A stretch of 63,812 bases of DNA, filler included, from Octopus bimaculoides (lineage: Eukaryota): the NCBI RefSeq assembly GCF_001194135.2. It is 8 parts of 8 records of this genome, joined end to end, with 100 filler letters (N's around TTAATTAATTAA, not from the genome) between each part and the next. Parts side by side here need not be neighbours in the genome. Positions count along the whole stretch, not along the records: positions 1 to 16,110 come from NC_068995.1; 7 more parts are not named here. One strand, written 5' to 3'. Below are positions 1 through 13,545 of this stretch, one piece after another (the first letter of the stretch is position 1; each line of letters opens with the position of its first letter). The notes beneath the pieces are model-generated. The model worked only from the letters and a program-made list of their open reading frames with translations. It did no database searches and was not told where the DNA came from. The position numbers and the translations under genes were made by a program.

Positions 1-438
1 ATATATATGTACATGTCATAAAGAATATAGGCATTGATTTCTGTTTATTGTTCAACAAATTTTAAACTTTCCTATTCTAAAAAGTATCGCTTTTCATTCC
101 TTCTAATTTTTAATATTTAGACATATTTATATTTAATATTTATATTTATACACATCTATTTATATATATCCTTTTTCTTTCCTATTTTTTAGTTAATTTC
201 ATATGACTTTTTTTTGCTTTCAAAACGTCCGATTTTTCTTTCTTCATTTTAAAACTTAATGTTCTATTGGAACAACTTTTTTAAAAGCTATCTCCATGTA
301 AATACGTGTGGATAAATATGCAGGTGTGAGAATATGTGTGTGAGTGTGTGTGTGAGCGTGCGCGCGTGTCTGTGCGTATGTGACTATATCACAAATATGT
401 TCATACATGTATATATGTGTTTGCATAAGTATGTTTGT

Positions 439-491
<53 letters not shown>

Positions 492-604
492 CGTGTGTGT
501 GTGTGTGTATGTATATATAGTGTATGAATAACTGGATATACAGATAGATATATAGATAGATATATAGATAGATAGATAGATACATACATACATACATACA
601 TACA

Positions 605-635
<31 letters not shown>

Positions 636-779
636 TGGTTTTAAATTTTGGCACAATGCTAGCAATCTCGGTGGAGGAGGTATATCGTTTACACTGACCC
701 CAGTGTGCAACTGGTACTTATATATATAGTCGTTCATTTTTTTCCTATTTATTTTAATCCGTATTTGTCATCAATCATT

Positions 780-1262
780 TTAACTAATCGGTCAGTAATA
801 TATTCGCCTTCATTTTTTTACAACTTGTTGCCAACGTTCGACTACTTTGTCAATACCTTAACATTAGACAGCATCGGGCCTTGCCACAAAGATTTCATTG
901 AGCCACGTTTCCAGTTTCATGTCGTTTTTGAACAAAACGCTTCGCAGACCGTTGGAGAGCGACCGAAAAGGGTGATAATCTGAAGGCACGAACGGAACTC
1001 ATGAGCAGCATATCTGGTCAAATGAGTGATGTGAGAGCGAGCGTTGCCATGTTCAACAAGCATACTCGGTTGTCGGTCGGTTGATTTCAGTTGTATTGCC
1101 ACATTTAGCTGGTCTCTTTGTTAAACGTAAATCTCTATATTGCTTCTGTAGTTGCTTTCAAGCGTTTTGTAATGGATAAGTCCTTCCCAATCCCAGCAAA
1201 TGATTGTCTGCGTGGATAAAGCTCTGACTTGTTTCATATTGACGTAAAGGCACCATTTTTTC
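780..1262 (-). mobile_element. Mariner transposase remnant (catalytic and C-terminal part), inactivated
   Basis: Translates with frameshifts and stops to WCLYVNMKQ...WDWEGLIHY...LNVAIQLK...EHGNARSHI...PSDYHPFRSLSNGLR...GIDKVVERWQQVV..EGEYITD; the HDNARPH Asp is mutated to Gly. Confidence 0.9.
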
Positions 1263-1296
1263 CTAGTTCTGCCTTGAAGGAAGCTTTACTTCTTGG

Positions 1297-1446
1297 ACTC
1301 ACGTTTTTGTGCGCAACGATGTTGTAAAACCTCCATTAACAACACCGTATGCAGGTCCTTTCCGTTTTCTTTCACGCACGGATAAAGCTTTCACTATAGA
1401 CCTTAATGATCGTAAAAACACTATATCAGTGGATAGATTTAAAAAA
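1297..1446 (+). mobile_element. Gypsy LTR-retrotransposon integrase C-terminal fragment
   Basis: THVFVRNDVVKPPLTTPYAGPFRFLSRTDKAFTIDLNDRKNTISVDRFKK matches the GPY/F-type integrase tail. Confidence 0.8.
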
Positions 1447-1763
1447 GGCCTTCATAGAGAAAACTATCCCATATTCCATTGCAGACACACACAACATTAC
1501 AAACACGACCCGCACACCCACCTTCAAATTCCATGACTACCATTGGGAACGATCAGGTACCGGACAAGGATTCTGGATTATTTTTCTGATTTTTAAAATT
1601 AATTTTTGAGAGCGGTCGGGTTCATTTTTAGTATTCTCGTTTGTGAGAGCAGTCGAGTTTATCTCAGATATTCTCATTCTAAAAACCATCCCCGGCTAAT
1701 CGTTGGGAGGACGTTGGTGTTGCCTTGGAGGACGTTTGCACTCTCTGAGTGCTCTTGGTATTA

Positions 1764-1794
<31 letters not shown>

Positions 1795-3051
1795 CATTAT
1801 TGTATATGCTTCAACCACAGACCTAACACATTAGTGTCATGCCTTCATTTTGCATTTTTCCGCAACAAATTTATACGAACTTGATTTTATTTGAGTATAA
1901 ATAAATTCGATTCAATGCAATGCAGATAGATATTCGTTTACTTAATCAACTGAACACCATCGGTGAAATTACACATACCACGTTTTCGTTTCGAATATTT
2001 AATTAATGTTCAAGTTAGAAGGATTAGAGAATCACATCGCTTTACTAAATTATTTATTCAGTCAACCGGAAATGTTTGAAAGAACTCAGATAAGGCGATT
2101 GTATCCAATCTCAGTGACTTGCTTTTTACTTCGTATAAAACCTACTGTGATATCTTCCGGTTTATATTCAACTGAAATTAAATTTACACCTGATCTAACC
2201 TGATTAATTTTCCGTAATTAAGCTTATCAAATGATTGATAATTTCCTGTTTATATGAATTTATAAAATTTGTCACAAATTTTATTTAGTTTTACTCAATT
2301 ATTTTTAAATATTTTTCTTTATTACTTTATAAATTATTTTTTTTATTATATTTGCTCAGATGGAAGCCTCGAGTATTGACTTTTTTTTTTTTTCGAAACA
2401 AATATGGCGTCGTCTTTACAGTCGAACCCCGCGTATTTCACTCCGCTACGCTGCTAGCTCTTTTCTGTTTGCTTTGTTAAGTTCGAGTCAGTAAAAATAT
2501 GAGGAAGTTGTATGTATATGCATGTGTGTATGCGCGTGAATGTGTTTACGTGTGTATGTGTATAAGTGTCTACACACACCAATATATATATATATATATC
2601 TTTCTTTCTGTCTTTCTTTCTTTCTTTCTTTCACTATACTTCTGTTTTCTGACAGGCAAATATTCTGAAACAATCGTAAAAATGTAAAAAAATAAATGAA
2701 ANNNNNNNNNNNNNNNNNNNNNNNNNNNNNNNNNNNNNNNNNNNNNNNNNNNNNNNNNNNNNNNNNNNNNNNNNNNNNNNNNNNNNNNNNNNNNNNNNNN
2801 NNNNNNNNNNNNNNNNNNNNNNNNNNNNNNNNNNNNNNNNNNNNNNNNNNNNNNNNNNNNNNNNNNNNNNNNNNNNNNNNNNNNNNNNNNNNNNNNNNNN
2901 NNNNNNNNNNNNNNNNNNNNNNNNNNNNNNNNNNNNNNNNNNNNNNNNNNNNNNNNNNNNNNNNNNNNNNNNNNNNNNNNNNNNNNNNNNNNNNNNNNNN
3001 NNNNNNNNNNNNNNNNNNNNNNNNNNNNNNNNNNNNNNNNNNNNNNNNNNN

Positions 3052-3129
<78 letters not shown>

Positions 3130-3447
3130 TGTAGATAGATGCGCTTCCCGTTTATATTTATGGTGTTGCTCATTTCTTATTGTTATTGAATTATAAACGC
3201 ATGAATATGTGGAATATATTGCGGCGATATTTTTTAAGTTGAATTGTAAAGTCATCGCCTCAGCTTGAAAGTTTACGCTATGCTCGCTGACTCTTCTTGT
3301 TTCCAAACAATCGCAGAGAATGTGACAACTGGAGAGTATTCAGGGAAACATCAAACTATGACTTGTTTCGAAAGCAGCTCCTCACAGCCATGCAAACATC
3401 GCCAGACGTATGTAGAGGCAGACACACATGCAGAAAGGCATTCATTC

Positions 3448-3494
<47 letters not shown>

Positions 3495-3560
3495 CACATA
3501 TACACACATACACATATACACACATACACATATACACACATATGCCTATCTACGTGTGTG

Positions 3561-3605
<45 letters not shown>

Positions 3606-4762
3606 AGGAAGAGAGAAATTTGTATAAAAGTTTATCTCTGTTTTCGATACATATTGAAACTTATATAAACTTCATTGTGTAAATTCTAACGGGCACACAG
3701 ACTCACGCGCAGACATGCGTACGTGCACATACACACACACACACACACATACGCGCACATGTATATTTAGACAAAAATACACTTAAATTGATATAATGGA
3801 ACCTAGACACACACACATGCACATATATATGCATCTGTGTGTTTGTGTTTGATGTGTATGTGTATACATATATACACATATACATACATACACACACACA
3901 TATACACACACATACATACATACATACATACATACATACATACATAAATACATACATACATACATACATACATACATACATACATACACACACACTCGCC
4001 TCTGCATTTGTATGTGAGCCTACTTAAGAAAATGTAAAATTCCAAGTCTATTCCAAAGATTCTATCTTTGCTCTTCTTAACTTCTAGCATAAAACTCATC
4101 GTTTTATGGTGGAATCTTCTCCCTTGTTTATGATGTTTGGCGAACAAAGCCTAAAATATATTTAGTTAAANNNNNNNNNNNNNNNNNNNNNNNNNNNNNN
4201 NNNNNNNNNNNNNNNNNNNNNNNNNNNNNNNNNNNNNNNNNNNNNNNNNNNNNNNNNNNNNNNNNNNNNNNNNNNNNNNNNNNNNNNNNNNNNNNNNNNN
4301 NNNNNNNNNNNNNNNNNNNNNNNNNNNNNNNNNNNNNNNNNNNNNNNNNNNNNNNNNNNNNNNNNNNNNNNNNNNNNNNNNNNNNNNNNNNNNNNNNNNN
4401 NNNNNNNNNNNNNNNNNNNNNNNNNNNNNNNNNNNNNNNNNNNNNNNNNNNNNNNNNNNNNNNNNNNNNNNNNNNNNNNNNNNNNNNNNNNNNNNNNNNN
4501 NNNNNNNNNNNNNNNNNNNNNNNNNNNNNNNNNNNNNNNNNNNNNNNNNNNNNNNNNNNNNNNNNNNNNNNNNNNNNNNNNNNNNNNNNNNNNNNNNNNN
4601 NNNNNNNNNNNNNNNNNNNNNNNNNNNNNNNNNNNNNNNNNNNNNNNNNNNNNNNNNNNNNTTTTGTTGAATATAATTAGTTGAAAAAAGGCCGCAATAA
4701 TTATGCATCAACGCAATACATATATATATACATATACATATATATATATATATATATATGTG

Positions 4763-4820
<58 letters not shown>

Positions 4821-5232
4821 TATATATATATACATATATAAAACATGTATATCTTACTGACTGTCTCGGTATTCCTTGCATTCTCTCTCTCTCTTTCTCT
4901 CTCCCTATCATCATCATCACCATCATCGTCATCACCATTTTCCACACTACCTCTGTCACACACATCTCTCTCTCTCTCTCTTATTAATCCCTCTCCACCC
5001 GTCCACTCTCAACCGCCGCATCCTCTCCAAAACAGCTCAACCAGCTTGTTTCGTAACGATAAGCCTTATCCCATGCTAAGGTCATTTCACATTGTCACAA
5101 ACAGACAATGGACGATTCTCTCTCTTCTCTATATATCACACAACTTCCCTATCGGCGGCTTCCGTTGGCTAATGGGCTAAACCTGTCTATTGTCCCCTGT
5201 CACATCCACCCAAATACTACTACTACTACTAT

Positions 5233-5280
<48 letters not shown>

Positions 5281-5466
5281 CACTAAGGTGGTGCTGCTAT
5301 CACTTCTACTTGTAGTAGTAGTAGTAGTAGTAGTAGTAGTATACCACATGCACTCACGCGCATACACACATGTACGTACATGTATAAACGTACATTCATA
5401 TAATACTCTCATGCATGCACACACACACAGATTTACACTGACGTACAAATAAACACATATATACAT

Positions 5467-5512
<46 letters not shown>

Positions 5513-5558
5513 ATATAACATACAAACATATGCATACATACATACATGCATACATGAA

Positions 5559-5608
<50 letters not shown>

Positions 5609-5719
5609 CGCAGTCACACTCACACACCCGCACATACATACACTCGCATACGAATAAACATATATATGAGCATATATATATACATATATGTCCACATTCA
5701 CACACACACTGGCATTACT

Positions 5720-5762
<43 letters not shown>

Positions 5763-6038
5763 TTGCATAATCTTTCTGGTGTGAATCTCTTAATGATTGT
5801 CAAAGCTGTTTTAAAACTCCATTTTAGGTGAGGTGTGAGGCGGAGTTGAAGTGTGAGCGGACGTTGAAGTAGGTTCTTCTAAGATGGCGAACGGGACGAC
5901 GATGAGGAAGAAGTGTGATTGAGTTTGCGGTGGTAATTATAATTACGTCGAGGTTAGTGATAATGAGGAGCTGTTCGAACACATTACGCAGATACATACA
6001 CGCCTACACATGTATACACATACACACACACGCACACG

Positions 6039-6100
<62 letters not shown>

Positions 6101-6140
6101 NNNNNNNNNNNNNNNNNNNNNNNNNNNNNNNNNNNNNNNN

Positions 6141-6177
<37 letters not shown>

Positions 6178-6363
6178 GTATACATCTATGTGTTTGTGTT
6201 TCTGTGTCTGTGTTTGTCTTCCACCAAGGACTGACAATCGGTGTTGCTGTGTTTACGTCCCCGTAGCTTAACGGTTCGGCAAGCGATCGATAGAATAGGA
6301 ATCAGGCTTTAAAAAGTCTATAATAAGTACTGGAGTTGAATCATTCCTCAGTATATCAGTATA

Positions 6364-6423
6364 AAATCCGCGATGTACTGAGTGCGCGATACGTGAACCG
6401 CGATATGGCGAGCGATTACTGTA
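6364..6423 (-). mobile_element. Solo pogo/Tigger-like terminal inverted repeat
   Basis: Minus strand reads TA|CAGTAATCGCTCGCCATATCGCGGTTCACGTATCGCGCACTCAGTACATCGCGGATTTT, like Tigger-type ends as I recall them; abuts (TA)n. Confidence 0.5.
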
Positions 6424-6447
6424 TATATATATATATATATATTATTG

Positions 6448-6557
6448 ATATTTAGCAGAAGAGAGTGACTCAAGGGCAGAGAGTTTCGTACGTTAGCGCT
6501 TATTCTAACGCAAGAACGTCTCAGCCCTTGACTCACTCTGCCACCTCTGCTAAATAT
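6448..6557. repeat. 110-nt imperfect inverted repeat (hairpin)
   Basis: Arms ATATTTAGCAGA/TCTGCTAAATAT (12/12), a 21-bp stem (19/21) and CGTTAG/CTAACG closing an 8-nt loop. Confidence 0.85.
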
Positions 6558-7049
6558 TCTGCCAATTAAGCACATGCACTTAATAAGAAAGCTTTGAATA
6601 AGAAAGCTGAAGTGAATACTAAATATATAGTGCGTGTGTTTAATTGAAAAAATATGACCGTTCCAAGTATAACAATATCTGTTTCAACAAGCAATTTCAC
6701 ATCAAGAATCTTGTAAAACAAACGCATAAACTTATATATAAGTTCACAGTATTGTATATCCATTACGGCCGATCTTACTGATCAGTTTTGCACCAGAAGT
6801 TCGACGGAGAGTTAGGTAACAATCCTATTATGTAACCCTGCGCTCTTCAGAGGTAACCGTTATGGAATGAAGTATGGCAAATGCTCTCTATTGTTGAAGG
6901 TGAATAGAGATATCCGCTTTATGGTTGCTGTGAAAAAAATGATGAAACGAATCGAGCAGGGGATTTTCAGATTCTTATATATGCATGTATGTATGTATGT
7001 ATGTATGTATGTATGTATGTATGTATGAATTCGTAGTTTCTCTATTCTA

Positions 7050-8877
7050 CTTCTGTTAAACCACTTCTCTGCATTTTCTCTGCTCTCACTACTACTACTA
7101 CCACAACCGTCTCGCATCTCTTCAAACTCCAGCTCTCAAATACCGCCATTATCTCCTTCAGTTTATTCATTATCATATTCCTTTCTCTTCTCTTTCTCCT
7201 TCATTCAACTTTTAAACTCTTCCTCTTAGCCTTTCCAATTATTCTCTCTCTGTCTTCTCAATTCTCTTTCACACTTCCATGACTTCACGCCTACGTTTTT
7301 TCTCTCTACATACACTCTACCTTTACGTCTTTTATTATTTTCCATGTGCCCAATCCCTCCCACCCNNNNNNNNNNNNNNNNNNNNNNNNNNNNNNNNNNN
7401 NNNNNNNNNNNNNNNNNNNNNNNNNNNNTCTCTCTCTCTCTCTCTCTCTTTCCTTATCCTATTTCTTTTACTCTCCTTCTGTGCTTTCACAGTTTATTAC
7501 TGTTTATTTACATCGTCCATTACTAAACCATTCATTTTCTACGTTTCGTTTCTCCTGCTTTTCTTTTTCTATTGCTAACTTCCTCCTTTATCGGTAAACC
7601 TCTTTGCACCTTCATACAACGATTGTTTTCTTTTAAAACTACTTCACACTGTCGTCATTCGTGTTTATTTCATTTTACTTTAGTTGCTAAATCTCCGTCC
7701 ATTTTTTTCGTCCACTTGTTTTTCTAGATTACTTCCCTTGTGCCACTCTTCTTACTTAACCTTACTTTTTTTTTCTGTTTCCCTAGTTGTCTGAGACCCT
7801 TATCTCTGTTTATCATTCACTCTTCGCCACCGCTTCTCTCGTAGTGGTTCCTTTTCATATTTTTATCTTCTTCTTCTTCGGAGTTAACCCTGTTCTCTTT
7901 CTCTTCGTCTCCGTTCTTGTAATTTCCAGTTTTTTTCCGACGACTGAAACGATGTTACCTTTTTTTCCAACTCTTCTCCCTCGCTTTGTTTTTCTTCTTC
8001 TTTCTCTGCCACAATTTCTTCTTTCCTGCTTTTCTTTCTCTCTTACTTTCTCCCCCCCCCTTTATTGTTCATTTTCTTTTTCTCCTTCTCACCATTTTAT
8101 TCCCTGTATTTCTTTTTTACCTTCTTTTTCCCTTTATTTCTTCATTCCTTGTTTTTTACTTTCTTTCTCTTGCTCTCTTACTCTTCTGTAAATTCTTTCT
8201 TCACCCCCACCCCACCCCCGCTCTCAGCATTTCTTTCCTTCTTTCTCTCTCTTCTTTTCTTTTTCTCTCTATCTTTCCTTCTTTCTCTCTCTTCTTCTCT
8301 CTTTCCTTTCTCTCTTTCATTCTTCCTTCAACCCAACCATCCTCTGCTAAATCTTATTCTTTTACACAAAATGCCATGTCTTCCAAAACACTAAACCATT
8401 CTTTTCTGTTTACCATTCCTGTTTATCATTCTATTGTTTCTCTGCACCCCCACCCCCACAGCCGAGCCATCCCTCACACCTTACCTCTTGCTACTTCCTC
8501 TAAAACAGTCACTCACTCGTTTGTTCCTTCATTCACTTATTCTCTTCACTCTTTATTCACTTGCTTCTTCATTCATTCATTTACTAGCTTACACGTTCTC
8601 TCACAATTTCACCCCCCTCTTTCTGCCTCCCGCTTTCTCTTTCTCTCTTTCTCCCCTCTCTCTCTCTCTGTATTTCCCACTCTCTTGCTTTCCCTTTTTA
8701 TTTCATCGTTCTCATTCTATCTTTCTTTCTTCCTACTTAAGTCAGTCTCTTTCATTCCCTCTTTCATTCGTTGTCTCACTCCTTCTCTTCATGTATTTCA
8801 TCTCTAATTCAATGTCTCTCTTCTCTCTCTATCTCTCTCACTCTGTCTATCTCTTTGTTTCTGTCTCTTTTTCTGCG

Positions 8878-8916
<39 letters not shown>

Positions 8917-9052
8917 GTGTGCGTGTATGCATGTGTTTGTGTATATGTATCTTTTATTTTTTTATCTTCGTTTCTCTCCTCCCCCTGTTTATTGTTCTCT
9001 CTCTTTTACTGTATTCTCTCTTTCAATCTCTCTATCTCTATCGATTTCACTC

Positions 9053-9089
<37 letters not shown>

Positions 9090-9270
9090 GTTTCATTCTG
9101 CCTCAATCATTATCGTTCTCTCCTCATCCTTTTTCTCTATCTCTCCATTTCCATTCCATTCACTTACTACCATTTCTTTTTCTGTTCCTTTATCATCAAC
9201 ATTTTCTTTCTTTCATTCTTTCTTCTCTTTTTTTCTTCTTTTTGTGTTTGAATATATATTTCTTTAAAAT
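7050..9270 (+). repeat. ~2.2-kb pyrimidine-rich (CT/T) low-complexity tract
   Basis: Mostly C/T on the plus strand, with (CT)n and a short (GA)n run; source of the F/L/S-rich pseudo-ORFs. Confidence 0.9.
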
Positions 9271-10099
9271 GTTCCTTTCATTCACAAGCATGTCTGGGAT
9301 TTCCCTGTATTTTCTCCACACAATAGTATTAGCTTCCCATTCTACAAAATCAGCCACCATTGAAAGGAACATTAAAATATATTGGTCGTTCTTCCGGTGC
9401 TGGTGTTAGCACCGGAAGTTAGAATCCAGAGCGATTCACTCATCAGATGCAGTTACACTTCGTCTGTATCTTTATTATTTTATAATGCCCCCCCCTCTTA
9501 TTATTTGTTTTGTCCTTTCTTTCTTATTTTCTTTCTTCCTTTCTCTTTTTGTTTCCTTCGTTCCTTCCATATAAAGTAGGCGACGCCATAATATACTTAA
9601 TTTTGTCGACATTCATCAAGTAATAACGAGCTTCTCAGCGCCCGCCCTTCTTTCTGCTCCTGCTCAGCTCTTTGAGATCCAACAACAAAAGCATGCTGTA
9701 GTTTTTAAAAGAAATTCGTTCGTTGTCATGGTGATTTATCAAGCCTATAAAAATATACATTCACACACAAAACGTGTACACACTAACACACCTTAATAGA
9801 CACACACACGCACGCACAATTGCATACACCACATTCACAAACACACGCGCGCGCACACATACACACACGTACACGCACGCACGCACACATGCACACCCGC
9901 ACACATACCACACGCATTCACACACACCACACACATACACGCACGCCCGTACGCACACATAAACGCACACACACATGCACACACGCACACACACACACAC
10001 GCACACTTAGACACACCACATTCGCAAGCGCGCGCGCACATACACACACGCACTCACACACACCACACATACACACACACACACACACANNNNNNNNNN

Positions 10100-10138
<39 letters not shown>

Positions 10139-10427
10139 TTAGCCGTGATGGCAAGCATAACTGTAAATGTCTGAAAATAATCATTTAAAAAGGGAATTGT
10201 CCAGGGAGGAGTAGTCAGAAACAGGGATCAGCGCTCGTGAACGATGGTATTCATGGTTCTCTATTAATACCGATTGTTGTGATTATTGCTGTTGTTGTTG
10301 TTGTCGTCGTTTCTGTGTGTTGCTGATTAGGGGTAAAGGTGTTTTTCCACTGATCGTTTGGGATGTTGGTAGCGGCGATGTGTTTTAGTGTTTGTGTTGC
10401 TGATGTTATCATTATCATTATCGGGAA

Positions 10428-10645
10428 AGCGACGAGCAGGCAGAATCATTAACGTGCCGGACAAAATACTTAGCACCATTTCGTCCGTCTTTACATTCTA
10501 AGTTCAAATTCCGCCGAGGTCGATTTTGCCTTTTATCCTTTCGAGAAGGATACAATACAATACCAGTTACACACTGGGGTCGATGTAATTGACTTACCTC
10601 CTCACCCAAAATTTCGAGCGTTGTACCTTTACAAGAAAGAATTAT
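10428..10645 (+). mobile_element. tRNA-headed SINE, family M (Meta-domain-like core GTCGACTTTGCCTTTCATCCTTTCGGGGTCGATAAA)
   Basis: Head GCGACGAGCAGGCAGAATC, B-box-like GTTCAAATTCC; many homologous copies in the window. Confidence 0.8.
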
Positions 10646-12189
10646 TTTTAAAGCAGCTGGCAGACTCGTTTGGTGCGTCGTACAAAATGTTTAGTAACAT
10701 TGCTTCCGACACTTCACGTGTTCACTGACAAAATTCTGTGCTGCATCTCAGCACAGAATTTTGTCAGTGAACAGGTCACGGTCTCAAAGCGACGAAAATA
10801 TTTTGACAAATTAAATTTAAATGTTGAAGTGAATCTAACGGCTTTTGTGTGATATTTTAAATGGCTTATAAACACCTTCCACGCTGCAATTGTATATANN
10901 NNNNNNNNNNNNNNNNNNNNNNNNNNNNNNNNNNNNNNNNNNNNNNNNNNNNNNNNNNNNNNNNNNNNNNNNNNNNNNNNNNNNNNNNNNNNNNNNNNNN
11001 NNNNNNNNNNNNNNNNNNATATATATATATATATATATATAACAGTTGGATAAAAAAGAAAGGTAGTATACGCTGTTTCCGAAGAAGAGAATAATAAGTT
11101 CTTAGAAATAGAATGAAATAGTTCATTCTTGAGAATGCACTGTTCAGGCGGGTGAGACCATCGAGATGGATTAGCAGTTTGACAAAGGAGGTCAGATACA
11201 ATAAACACCAGACTTAATAATGAATGAATGAATGAATAGATAAATAATAGGATCAATGTAATCGATTAAACCCGCGCGCAGCAAGCCGGTAGCCCAATAA
11301 CTGAAAGAATTTTTTAAAAATCCATATGTAGCTCCAGCATGATCGAAATCCAATGAGTGAAACAAGTAACAGAATAAAGGAATACGCGCACACGCACACA
11401 TATGTATATTCACATACATATACACTCACTCACTATACACACACACGTATATATATGTATATATGCATGTACTCTATATCTGTCTGTCCGTCTGTATGTA
11501 TGTATGTATGTATGTATGTATGTATGTGTCTGTGTGTATATGTGTGTGTATGTATGTATGTATGTATGCGTCTGTGTGTATATGTGTGTGTATGTATATG
11601 TATGTGCATGTGCATGTATGCATGTATGTATATACAACAATAAAAACTACATTACAGCAGGTTTACTAAACGATTCGGTGACTCATAGTTACAGAGGGTC
11701 TGGACTTTGGCAGAAGAGCTCCAACAGAAAGAAAAAAAAAGAAAAAAACGGAAACAAATCCGTTATTATCTCCCTTGCTTGTGAAGGATACATAATATTA
11801 GTCATAGAATTAATATCACTTCCCTTCGCTGTATCTCTGATCTTATTTTAGCTTTTTAATGCTTCGAAACATTAAATACACTTTCACCTAGTTTAATGGG
11901 AACTTTTCTATCACGTGCAGACACACTATATCTATTAGACAGCGAATAGTTAAGTAAACAGGCATTAATGTATATTTATTGGCGAAGATATTAAAAATAA
12001 CAACAACAACAACAGCAGCAACATTATAGCACAATTAAATTATTCTGAGACACTATTTGCATGATAATTAACAGTTAAGTAGGTGGAAATATTTATGATG
12101 AAAAATATTTTAAAGTAAAACAAAGCCAGCTTCATATATGCTGCAAATGTATTCGCTGACGACGGGTCCGCGAGGAAGCCTGTACATGG

Positions 12190-12462
12190 CACCTTCATGA
12201 GCCCTGCTAGAAATAGCAACTAAATATCAATCAAATTGTTCTGCTTTCTTTTATCTTTATCTTTAAAGAAGGGTGGAAGATATATAAAGGATGGTCTACT
12301 TCTAAATATGCAATACATGAGGCAGGGCCGAATGGATGGTCAGCGCTGGAACTTCCTCGACGGTAGGTCTGCTTGTCAAGGATGACCCAAGGCCAAACAC
12401 CACCACCATCACCATTATCATCACTGTCGTCGACATCATCGCCATCATCATCATCATCGTCG

Positions 12463-12516
<54 letters not shown>
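12190..12516 (+). mobile_element. 3' end of a dispersed retroelement with (CAC/CAT)n tail; related pieces near 12770-12960 and 45880-46010
   Basis: Shared CTGCTAGAAATAG.A.C.AAAT and GGTCTG..GATCA..A.TGACC motifs followed by a trinucleotide tail. Confidence 0.55.
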
Positions 12517-13470
12517 CCATTGTTCAGTGAGCAGTATCGTTGAACTCTATGCCGACAAAGAGGCTGCGTGCTTTGATTGGCTGTCATAGATTTAAGTCCG
12601 ATCAACTGACAGTTATCACTTGCAGCGAATGTCATTTTGGGAAGATGGCCAAAGAAAACAGCAAAGAGACGGGAGTCAAGCTTTCAATGTTTATCTTCAA
12701 AATATATTCTCAGACATAGCTTCAATAACGGAATTTATACGTGGTCACTCGATTTACTAGAAATAACAGCCAAATTATGCAGTACTGTCTTAGAAAATCA
12801 CGTAGCACCACCTTTGAAAAATAGACTGTAATGGTAGAAATGTATTGGATAATGTAGTATTAGATGGGTGGTCATAACAGGAACGCTCTTGTTCATAAAA
12901 TTTAAGTGATCGATAGATCGACTGGAGATAATGATCAGGGGGTAAGCAGCAACAAAACAATTTTTTAAATTTTAACTTGGAACCCCTCTGATTATAGGAT
13001 CTACGTGATCGATCTATCAATCGGCTAAATACAGAAGATCTGGGTCTAAACAACAATAATTGGGGGATTTTTGTTTTTGCAGCAGGTCATGTAAATGCCG
13101 GATGAAAGAGAGAGAGCACTGTTCTAACGGCAACGTGCCGGGTGAAAAAAAGAAAGAGTTCCGTTTGGGTTCTGTATTTATATGTGTTCAAAAGCTGAAA
13201 GTCGGTCTGGAGAACAAAAGACAGTGGATGCGTTTATCTGTGAGTGAACTAAATTTAGCGTATGATATTCAGTAATGAACAGGAGTTTTCTCAGTCGAAC
13301 GGAGCGTGACAGCTGGTACTCATAAATTTCCAAGTATAAATACCAAAAACCATGGAAGGAAGCTTACAGATAAAACCTAGACGAAGATTTTGATTTCTAG
13401 CTAAGAATCCAGGAAACGAACCGTTTCCTCTCTCTATCTATCTGCCTGTCTGTCTATATATCTATCTATG

Positions 13471-13545
<75 letters not shown>

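Noticed and set aside
10201-10326. TM-like reading GSLLIPIVVIIAVVVVVVVSVCC
   Set aside because: Hydrophobicity comes from a (GTT)n run; wrong strand for the SRCR gene; no splice support.
12269-12362. Exon-like plus-strand segment (taaag|...G|gtaggt) open in two frames
   Set aside because: Lies within a dispersed repeat with relatives near 12770-12960 and 45880-46010.
12231-12635. Poly-Asp ORF
   Set aside because: Product of a (CAT)n tail on a dispersed repeat.
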